Positions 56,718 through 64,000 of a stretch of DNA of 64,000 nucleotides are shown here, piece after piece; the first letter of the stretch is position 1; every line of letters begins with the position of its first letter. The notes under the pieces are model-generated. The model saw nothing but the letters and a program-made list of their open reading frames with translations. It ran no database searches and was not told where the DNA came from. The stretch comes from an uncultured Acidobacteriota bacterium. GTDB lineage: Bacteria > Acidobacteriota > Thermoanaerobaculia > Multivoradales > JAHEKO01. The stretch spans positions 576,001-640,000 of the forward strand of contig CAVQNG010000025.1 in the NCBI GenBank assembly GCA_963713825.1, given 5' to 3'. The position numbers and the translations under genes are program-made.

Positions 56718-56924
56718 ATGGCCTCGCAGCGGTTCAATCCGTATGCTCCAGCGGAGACCGACCTTCCGGAGCTCTCCCTCAGGGCGATAGTCCTCGGAAT
56801 CCCCATCGTTGTAGAGCCAGGTGGGATGGGACCAGGCACCGGCTTGCGGCTCACGCCCGCATCTCCTATCCTGGGGTCGCCTTTTGACGGTGGAACGCGC
56901 ATAGCGCTGAGGAGGTTGATGTGA
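56718..56924 (+). pseudogene. Probable 5' remnant of an OPT-family oligopeptide transporter gene
   Basis: RBS-like GAGGAAGG plus MASQRFNPYAPAETDLPELSLRAIVLG, resembling the OPT N-terminus (F.PYVP....LPELT.RA..LG); similarity stops after ~30 codons. Confidence 0.55.
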
Positions 56925-58396
56925 TCTACGTCTGGTCGATCGCCATTTACTTGCTGTTTCTGGTCGGGGTCAGTGTTCACAAGAGCCGCAAGGTCAAGAC
57001 GCAGGACGACTTCATGGTGGCTGGCAGGGGTGTGACCTCCATGTTCCTCGTCGGCACGCTGGTCTGCACCTGGATCGGCTCCGGGAGTCTCTTTGGTGGC
57101 GCCGGACGGGCCTTTCGTCAAGGCTTTTCGGCTCTCTGGATGAGCGCTGGAGCCTGGCTCGGCCTGGCGATCGTCTACTACCTGGCTCCTCGGGTCCGCA
57201 AGATCGCCCAGTACACAGTGCCTGACATCCTGGAGACGCGATACAACGCCGCGTCTCGCGTGCTCGGGACCATCGCGATCGTAATCGCCTACCTCACCAT
57301 CGCCGGTTATCAGTTCATCGGTGGCGGCAGGCTGTTGGAGATCGTCACCGAAGGAGCCATCAGCGCCGACACGGGCAAGATCGTCGTCTGCGTGCTGGTC
57401 GTCCTCTACACGGTCATGGCCGGCATGTCGTCGATCGTTGCGCTGGACGTGTTCAACGGCATTCTCATCACATTGGGAGTGATTATCGCCGCGCCGCTGG
57501 CGCTCAAAGGGGCCGGTGGCTGGGAAGGACTGACGACGACCCTGCCGGAGACCCACTTTACGGTTTTCGGAGCGCCCGGCATCGCTGCGGCGCTCGGGTT
57601 GTTCCTGCCGACGTTTTTCCTCTTGTTGGGTGAGAGCAGCATCTACCAGAAATTCATGTCAGCCAAAGATGGCAAGTCGGCACGCCGGGCCGTGATCGGC
57701 ATGATCGTCGGAGTCATCATCATCGAAACCGTACTGAATGCGACGGCGATCTTCGGTGCCGGTCAGTACTGGACGGACGCCGCATTCCGCACTGCTGACG
57801 GAGCGCTGAACCGGGCCACGACGGAGACGATTCTGCTGCAACTGGCGTTCGAAAAGCTGCCGCTGATGGCAGGCATTCTGCTTCTGATCGGCGGCTCGGC
57901 AATCGTCTTCTCGACGGCCAATACCTTCCTCATGGTGCCGTCCACGAACCTGACCCGGGACATTTTTCAACGGTTCATTCGGCCCGATGCGAGCGACAAG
58001 ACCATCATCTGGTTCCAGCGGTTGATGATCGTGCTCCTGGCAGGCGTGACCCTGCTGGTGACGACGCAATTCGAGAACATCCTGGATATGGCGCTCTATG
58101 CCTACACGATGGTCGGTGCCGCCGTGACACCGGCCTTGCTGGCAGCCTTTTTGTGGCGGCGGGTGACTCCCCTGGGCGGCATGGTCTCCATCGCCGCCGG
58201 GATGCTTGGGACCATCGTATTCGCCGGCCTGGCGCGCGCTGGTATGGAGAGTCTGCCGCTCGGATTCATGAACTTGCCGTTGGACTACGACTACATCATC
58301 TATCCGGCGGGCTTCCTGTCGTTCGCATCGTTGATCATTGTCAGCTTTCTGACGCCACAGTCTCCCCCGGAGAAGTGGCAGCCGTTCTGGGAATAG
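56921..58396 (+). CDS. Sodium:solute symporter (SSS) family protein
   Basis: DFMVAGR, TWIGSGSLFG, YTVPDILETRY, YQKFMSAK; many TM helices; GAGGAGG RBS. Confidence 0.92.
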   Translation: MIYVWSIAIYLLFLVGVSVHKSRKVKTQDDFMVAGRGVTSMFLVGTLVCTWIGSGSLFGGAGRAFRQGFSALWMSAGAWLGLAIVYYLAPRVRKIAQYTVPDILETRYNAASRVLGTIAIVIAYLTIAGYQFIGGGRLLEIVTEGAISADTGKIVVCVLVVLYTVMAGMSSIVALDVFNGILITLGVIIAAPLALKGAGGWEGLTTTLPETHFTVFGAPGIAAALGLFLPTFFLLLGESSIYQKFMSAKDGKSARRAVIGMIVGVIIIETVLNATAIFGAGQYWTDAAFRTADGALNRATTETILLQLAFEKLPLMAGILLLIGGSAIVFSTANTFLMVPSTNLTRDIFQRFIRPDASDKTIIWFQRLMIVLLAGVTLLVTTQFENILDMALYAYTMVGAAVTPALLAAFLWRRVTPLGGMVSIAAGMLGTIVFAGLARAGMESLPLGFMNLPLDYDYIIYPAGFLSFASLIIVSFLTPQSPPEKWQPFWE

Positions 58397-58544
58397 CTCC
58401 GCCGCCGAGCTCACGGCAGCGAGGTGGTGGATACTCGTCTGAGATCGGAGCGGATCGGTCGCGCAGTTTCCCTTCAGCTGCACTGTTGAAGATGGAAGGA
58501 GAGCGATTCAAGCCGGGATTTCGAAGGTTCAGGAGGTTGCTGTC

Positions 58545-59345
58545 ATGGAGTCGGTCCGAAGAAGTGCAGTCGCCGGTCTCTTCTATCCGAGCTCACCTCG
58601 CGAGCTCCAGTCGATGGTCGAGGAGTACCTGGAGAAGGCGCCGGGAGGAGGGCACACGGAGACGGGTCCCAAAGCGGTCATCGTGCCGCATGCCGGCTTT
58701 GTCTATTCCGGCCCGATAGCGGGCTCAGCCTTGTCGCTATTGCGCCGAGAATCCGACCAGATTCGACGAATTGTGCTCCTGGGTCCGGCCCATCGGGTGC
58801 CGGTACGTGGTCTCGCCTTGCCCGGTGTCGATGGTTTCGAGACGCCTCTGGGTGTCGTGCCGGTCGATGCCGAGCTGGTCGATCAGGTGGTTGGCTTGCC
58901 GCAGGTCGGGATCAGTCGAGAGGCTCACGCGCCGGAGCACTGCCTGGAAGTGGAGCTGCCATTCCTGCAGGTGCTACTCGGCTCGTTCAGCGTTCTGCCC
59001 CTGTTGGTTGGGGACGCGACGCCGGGTGAAGTGGCTGCAGTGCTGGACTGCGTCTGGGGTGGTGCCGAGACCCGAATCGTCATCAGCTCCGATCTCTCCC
59101 ACTATCTCGAGTATTCACAGGCGCAGGAGGTCGACGCAAGAACGGCCGAGGAAGTCATGGCTCTGCGGTCGCCCATCTCGGTGAATCAGGCCTGTGGGGC
59201 AGGGGCCATCAATGGTCTGCTGGTCGCGGCGGTCGAGCACGGCCTGAAAGCGAGCCTGCTGGACTTGCGAAGCTCGGGAGACACCGCTGGCGACCGATCC
59301 CGGGTCGTGGGATACGGTGCCTTCGCCTTTGCCGAGCCACACTGA
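58545..59345 (+). CDS. amrB: AmmeMemoRadiSam system protein B (MEMO1 family)
   Basis: AVAGLFYP, IVPHAGFVYSG, LGPAH, EHCLEVELPF, SSDLSHY, VVGYGA. Confidence 0.92.
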   Translation: MESVRRSAVAGLFYPSSPRELQSMVEEYLEKAPGGGHTETGPKAVIVPHAGFVYSGPIAGSALSLLRRESDQIRRIVLLGPAHRVPVRGLALPGVDGFETPLGVVPVDAELVDQVVGLPQVGISREAHAPEHCLEVELPFLQVLLGSFSVLPLLVGDATPGEVAAVLDCVWGGAETRIVISSDLSHYLEYSQAQEVDARTAEEVMALRSPISVNQACGAGAINGLLVAAVEHGLKASLLDLRSSGDTAGDRSRVVGYGAFAFAEPH

Positions 59346-59358
59346 GGAGGAGGATTCC

Positions 59359-59910
59359 TTGTCTGATGACCGTCGAGGAGAGACCCTCCTCAGGATCGCG
59401 CGACACACCCTGCTCGAGATGTTCGAAGCCCCTGACGAGCCACAAGAGGTGGAGCCTTGGCTCGAGGAGAAGGGCGCCTGTTTCGTGACTCTGCGCCGGG
59501 GTTCCGAGCTGCGAGGGTGTATTGGCACGATCCTGCCTCACCGATCCCTGATCGAGGATCTGCGCGCCAATACCGTGGCCGCCGCGAGGCGCGACCCGCG
59601 ATTTCCCCCGCTTGCCAGAGAAGAGCTCGATCTCACCGTTATCCAGGTGTCGCTGCTGTCGCCGCTGCAGGCGATGCAATTCGATAGCGAGGCGGACCTG
59701 GTGCGGCAATTGAGGCCCAACCTCGATGGCCTGGTTCTGGAGTACGGTCCCCAGCGCGGCACTTTCTTGCCAGCGGTTTGGAAGGATTTGCCGGATCCGC
59801 CGACATTTCTCGCTCACCTGAAGCGAAAATCCGGCCTCGCAGCGGACTTCTGGTCCCCAGAGATCCGCATTCGCCGCTATACGACCGAGAGTTGGACCGA
59901 GGCCAGCTAG
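59359..59910 (+). CDS. amrA: AmmeMemoRadiSam system protein A (AMMECR1 family)
   Basis: GACFVTL, LRGCIG, DPRFPPL, TFLPAVW, FLAHLKRKSG; TTG start after GAGGAGG. Confidence 0.92.
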   Translation: MSDDRRGETLLRIARHTLLEMFEAPDEPQEVEPWLEEKGACFVTLRRGSELRGCIGTILPHRSLIEDLRANTVAAARRDPRFPPLAREELDLTVIQVSLLSPLQAMQFDSEADLVRQLRPNLDGLVLEYGPQRGTFLPAVWKDLPDPPTFLAHLKRKSGLAADFWSPEIRIRRYTTESWTEAS

Positions 59911-59925
59911 CGGCTCTGGGCGTTC

Positions 59926-61122
59926 TCACTCCGCCCTGAGCGCCTCGATCGGGTCGAGACTCGCGGCGCGTCTGGCTGGCATCACACCAGACAGCAGGCC
60001 GACGGCGAAGCTCACCGTCACTGCCAGAGCGACGAATAGGAAGGGTGTGCGGATCGGCAGCCCCGGCACGGCGACACGAAGCAGCGCACAGAGCGCCAGC
60101 CCGCAGCCGATTCCAATCAGACCGCCGAGGGTGGAGAGCGTCGCTGCCTCGGTGAGAAACACCAACTGCACCTGTCTCCGTGTTGCGCCGATGGATCGGA
60201 TGAGACCGATCTCGTTCATACGCTCGCCGACTGCGATCCACATCATGGTGAGTATCCCGATCACCCCGACGAGAAGGGAAACCCCGCCGATGGCGCCGAC
60301 GGCCATGGTGATGATGTTCATGATGTTGCCGAAGACTTCCAACATGGCGGCTTGCGAGGTGATGGCGAAGTCCTCTTTGCCGCCATGTCTGTCGGTCAGG
60401 ACCAGCCGCACGCTTTCCTTCACCTCGTCCAACATGCTGGCATTGGCGAAGGTCAGGTCGATCTCCATGAGCTCATCCATGTTGAAGATCTTCATGGCAG
60501 AGGCGACAGGGATATAGGCGGCATCGTCCAGGTCGAAGCCCAGGAACTGCCCCTTGGGCTCCATCAGGCCGACGACCCGGAATCGAGACCCGGCGATGCG
60601 AACAAACTGTCCCAGCGCATTGCCATTCCCGAAGAGCTCTCTCTTGAGCTTCGGTCCCAATACTGCCTGGGCCACCCCCCGGCGAGGATCACCCGATGGC
60701 CAGAAGGAGCCGACCCGAACTCCCCACTGCCAGACCGTTGGAACCTCGGGCGTGACCCCATAGACAAAGACGCTCCGCCCTCGGCCGCCGCCTTCGACGC
60801 GAGCCGAGCCAAAGGTCATCGGTACGACTTCCAGGACGCCTGGAATTCGAGCCAGAGCCTCCGCATCATCGATGGTCAGTTTGTGGGTCGTGCCTCCCAG
60901 GGCCCCTGGCAGTCCCGATGTCTCCGACTTCCCTGGGTTGATGCCAATCAGATTGGTTCCGAACTGGGTGAACTGGGACACCATGTAGGCTCGAGTGCCT
61001 TCGCCAATCGACGTCAGGAGAATCACCGACGCGATGCCGATGGCGACGCCCAGCATGGAAAGAACCGAGCGCAGTCGGTGTCCGCGGATCGCCCTCAGAG
61101 CGAGAAAGATCAATTCACGCAT
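59926..61122 (-). CDS. MacB/FtsX-type ABC transporter permease
   Basis: LRSVLSMLGVAIG, ERMNEIG, PARRAASLDPIEALRAE. Confidence 0.93.
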   Translation of the reverse strand: MRELIFLALRAIRGHRLRSVLSMLGVAIGIASVILLTSIGEGTRAYMVSQFTQFGTNLIGINPGKSETSGLPGALGGTTHKLTIDDAEALARIPGVLEVVPMTFGSARVEGGGRGRSVFVYGVTPEVPTVWQWGVRVGSFWPSGDPRRGVAQAVLGPKLKRELFGNGNALGQFVRIAGSRFRVVGLMEPKGQFLGFDLDDAAYIPVASAMKIFNMDELMEIDLTFANASMLDEVKESVRLVLTDRHGGKEDFAITSQAAMLEVFGNIMNIITMAVGAIGGVSLLVGVIGILTMMWIAVGERMNEIGLIRSIGATRRQVQLVFLTEAATLSTLGGLIGIGCGLALCALLRVAVPGLPIRTPFLFVALAVTVSFAVGLLSGVMPARRAASLDPIEALRAE

Positions 61123-61198
61123 GACTTCCCACTCGCGGCTCTTCTCTCACGAAGACGCGCCTCGGGTGCGGAATGGCCAGAGTCTGCGGCGAATGCAA

Positions 61199-62398
61199 TC
61201 ATCGCCCGGCGAGTGCGATTACGGGGTCGAGCCGGCTCGCGCGACGCGCTGGCAGGAGCCCAAAGGTGATGCCAACCGCCACCGATACCAGGAGGGCGGC
61301 TGCGACCGCCCAATTGGGCGGAGCGGCTGGAAAGGCTGGATAGACTCTCACCAGGACTCCCACCATCAGCCAACCGAACCCGAGACCGACCAGTCCTCCG
61401 AAGGTCGAAAGCAGCGCCGCCTCGGTGAGAAAGACGGAGAGAATCTGGCGCCTGCCCACTCCCAGCGCCTTGAGCAGCCCGACCTCGCGCGTGCGCTCGG
61501 AAACCGAGACCAGCATCACATTCATGATGCCGATGCCGGCTACCGTCAGGGAGATTGCGGCGATGGCTCCCAAGGCCAGCGTGAGGGCTGTCAGGATGCC
61601 TGAGAATGTCGTCAGCAGTGCATCCTGGCTGATGACGGTGATGTCTTCCTCGCCGTGACGTTCGGTCAGCAGTCGGCGGGATTTGTCCCGCAGCATATCG
61701 ATGTCCGCGTGGCTGGAGGACTGAATCAGGATACGGAACAACGAGGTCCGATTGAACATCTGCATGGCGGTTGTTACCGGCACCATCGCCAGGTCGTCGA
61801 AATCGACGCCCATCTTGACACCCTGCCAGGCCAGGACACCGATGACCCGTATTCTCCAGCCACCGATCCGAATGATCTTGCCGACGGGGTCTTCTCCCGC
61901 GAAGACCTCCCGCGCCAACTTTGGGCCCACGACCGCCACGGGCGAGCCACGGAACATCTCTTCATTGGGAAGGAAGCTACCCTTGGCGACCTCGATCTGG
62001 CGTGCCAGCATGTAGTCGTGGGTCGTGCCCAGAATCGCCACCTGCCTGCGGCGCTCACCGAAGGCGACCTGCTCGGTACCCATGGTCAGTGGGGCGACTC
62101 TCTGAATCTCGGCAATCGAGCGCACCAGCGCCTCAGCATCCTGTAGCGTCAGGTCGTTGGGCACACCACCAGCGCCCACGGTACCGGTGGTCTCGGTTTT
62201 GCCCGGCACGACGATCAGCAGATTGGTGCCGAGACTGGCGAACTGGTCGATGACATACCGGCGGGCACCCTCTCCCAAAGCTGTGAGAATCACGACGGCA
62301 GCCACCCCGATCACGACTCCCAGCAGGCTCAACGCAGTGCGCAGCCCATGGCCGGTCAGGCCCTTTAAAGAGAATCGGAAGAGATCGGCCAGTGTCAT
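61199..62398 (-). CDS. MacB/FtsX-type ABC transporter permease
   Basis: LRTALSLLGVVIG, IMNVMLVSVSERTREVG, PARRASRLDP; start ATG 62398 after GAGGGG. Confidence 0.93.
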   Translation of the reverse strand: MTLADLFRFSLKGLTGHGLRTALSLLGVVIGVAAVVILTALGEGARRYVIDQFASLGTNLLIVVPGKTETTGTVGAGGVPNDLTLQDAEALVRSIAEIQRVAPLTMGTEQVAFGERRRQVAILGTTHDYMLARQIEVAKGSFLPNEEMFRGSPVAVVGPKLAREVFAGEDPVGKIIRIGGWRIRVIGVLAWQGVKMGVDFDDLAMVPVTTAMQMFNRTSLFRILIQSSSHADIDMLRDKSRRLLTERHGEEDITVISQDALLTTFSGILTALTLALGAIAAISLTVAGIGIMNVMLVSVSERTREVGLLKALGVGRRQILSVFLTEAALLSTFGGLVGLGFGWLMVGVLVRVYPAFPAAPPNWAVAAALLVSVAVGITFGLLPARRASRLDPVIALAGR

Positions 62399-62417
62399 GT
62401 GCCCCTCGTGATAGGTC

Positions 62418-63140
62418 TCAAGCCTCGTCCTCCTCGGCCAGCATCGCGAGGACCTCGCTGATCTGGTCACTGGCGACCCGCCGCTCGATTCGCCCATCCA
62501 CGAGCACCAGAATGCGCTCGGCTCGGTGGGCTACCTTCGGATCGTGAGTCACGACGATGAGTGTCAGACCTTCGTCGTTCATCCGATCCAGCAGGTCGAG
62601 GACGACTTTCCCCGATGCGCTGTCGAGGTTGCCGGTCGGCTCGTCGGCCAGCAGTATCTCGGGCTCCATGACTGTGGCGCGGGCCAGTGCGACTCGTTGA
62701 CGTTCGCCGCCGGAGAGCTGATCGGGAAGATGGTCGGCGCGGTGCGTCAGCCCGACGGCCTCGAGCGCGCTCGCCACCCGACGTCGGCGCTCGGCTCTCG
62801 GCTGTCCGGCGAAGATCATCGGTAGCTCCACGTTCTCGGCCGCCGATAGCCGATGCACGAGGTGGAAGAATTGAAACACGAACCCGATCTTGTGGCGGCG
62901 CACCATAGTGAGTGCCGATTCATCCAGCTCGGCGACTTCCTGGTCGTCGAGGCGGAAGCTGCCTGTCGATGGTTTGTCGAGACAGCCGAGAATGTTGAGC
63001 AGGGTGGATTTGCCAGACCCGGACGGTCCCATGATCGCGACGTGCTCTCCGGGCTGGATCTCCTCGTCGATATCGACCAGGGCGTGGACCGGCTGATCGC
63101 CGACCTGGAACGTGCGACTGATTTTCGACAGCTTGATCAT
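62418..63140 (-). CDS. ABC transporter ATP-binding protein (LolD/MacB-like)
   Basis: GPSGSGKS, LSGGERQ, LLADEPTGNLD, VTHD. Confidence 0.96.
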   Translation of the reverse strand: MIKLSKISRTFQVGDQPVHALVDIDEEIQPGEHVAIMGPSGSGKSTLLNILGCLDKPSTGSFRLDDQEVAELDESALTMVRRHKIGFVFQFFHLVHRLSAAENVELPMIFAGQPRAERRRRVASALEAVGLTHRADHLPDQLSGGERQRVALARATVMEPEILLADEPTGNLDSASGKVVLDLLDRMNDEGLTLIVVTHDPKVAHRAERILVLVDGRIERRVASDQISEVLAMLAEEDEA

Positions 63141-63163
63141 CGGAGGATAGCCGCTCCCTCAAT

Positions 63164-64000
63164 CTACTCGTCAGGTTCAGAGGCAGCTTCGGCCAGGGCC
63201 CCGTCTTCGACCTCTTGCCGATCGAGAGAGGTCACAATCAGATCTCCCTCGGACAGGCCGTCGACGATCTCGGTGAAGTTCCAGTTGCGCAGGCCCAACT
63301 CTACCGCTCGCTCGCTCAGCCGGTCTCCTTCCAGTACGAGGACCTTGCCGCCCTCGATCAAGGAGGAAGTCGAGATCCGCAGCACGTCTTGGCGTGTGCT
63401 CAGAATCACTTCGACGTCGGCTGAGGTTCCAGGCAGCAGGAGGGTTTCCCTCAGGTCGGTAAGCTCGACCTCGATCTCGACGGTGCGATTCTGTGCCTCG
63501 ATGTCGAGGACATAGGGAGCTACCCGGGTGACGATCCCGGCGAAATCTCTGTCGCGGTGGGAATCGACCGTCACTCGCGTCGGTTGGTTGGCGTGAATCC
63601 GAGCCGAGTCCACTTCATCCATCGGTGCGCTCACGTAGAGGGAATCGGGGTCCAGCACATCGATCACCGGTGGAACCGGCAGCGCTGGAGGGGAGGGCGT
63701 CGTCCACTCGCCGACTTCGGTCGCGACTTCGGCTACGACGCCGGCAAACGGTGCCCGGACAATGGTCTTGTCGACCTCCGTATGAGCCACCGCCACCGCC
63801 GCTGAGGCGCGCTCGACCGTGGCGCCTGCCGCAGCGCAGGCAGCGTCTGCGGCACGTTTCCCGCTGTCGATCTCGTCCAGGAGATCTGCCGAGATGATGC
63901 TCTCCTCGGCCAGTCGTTCGGAGCGCTCGAGCTCGCGACTGGAGCGTTCCGCTGCGAGGCAGGCCCGGTCCCTTTCGGCCCGGGTGGCCTCGAGGTCTTC
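63164..64000 (-). CDS. Periplasmic adaptor / membrane fusion protein (MacA/HlyD-like), 5'-truncated by window edge
   Basis: IVRAPFAGVV, LLPGTSADVEV, VELGLRN...EIVDGLSEGD; helical hairpin continues past the window edge. Confidence 0.88.
   Translation of the reverse strand, partial: EDLEATRAERDRACLAAERSSRELERSERLAEESIISADLLDEIDSGKRAADAACAAAGATVERASAAVAVAHTEVDKTIVRAPFAGVVAEVATEVGEWTTPSPPALPVPPVIDVLDPDSLYVSAPMDEVDSARIHANQPTRVTVDSHRDRDFAGIVTRVAPYVLDIEAQNRTVEIEVELTDLRETLLLPGTSADVEVILSTRQDVLRISTSSLIEGGKVLVLEGDRLSERAVELGLRNWNFTEIVDGLSEGDLIVTSLDRQEVEDGALAEAASEPDE

Noticed and set aside
56611-64000. Possible genomic island integrated at tRNA-Pro
   Set aside because: No integrase or transposase, no duplicated tRNA 3' end seen within the window, and no obvious compositional shift.

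Overview
A GC-rich bacterial chromosomal segment, most likely from Acidobacteriota. The assignment is inferred from a Cys-rich insertion near the N-terminus of RpoB and a secreted 'acidobacterial-type' VWA protein. Bases 1-31.3 kb hold an unbroken core transcription/translation supercluster on the + strand: nusG (partial), rplKAJL, rpoBC, rpsLG, fusA, tuf, the S10 and spc operons, secY, adk, map, infA, rpmJ, rpsMKD, rpoA and rplQ. It ends at a bidirectional terminator. The second half is a mixed housekeeping/accessory region. It carries an EF-G paralogue, a bactofilin/methyltransferase/M16-peptidase operon, lexA, a PilT-type ATPase with a coiled-coil tail, a loop-less (CC-adding-like) tRNA nucleotidyltransferase, a LysM amidase, an ECF sigma/anti-sigma pair and a giant GreA fusion. 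It continues with a 113-nt rod-shaped candidate ncRNA ahead of a helical-repeat/RodZ/DnaJ-TPR/PP2C gene run, fatty-acid genes, tRNA-Pro(CGG) followed by an OPT-transporter remnant, a Na+:solute symporter, AmmeMemoRadiSam B/A without the radical SAM gene, and a MacAB-like ABC exporter (partial). I saw no CRISPR array, rRNA, transposase or integrase. The best candidate for an undescribed system is the structured RNA at 46766-46878 plus the downstream paralogous helical-repeat module. All family assignments come from motif recognition by eye, not database searches.
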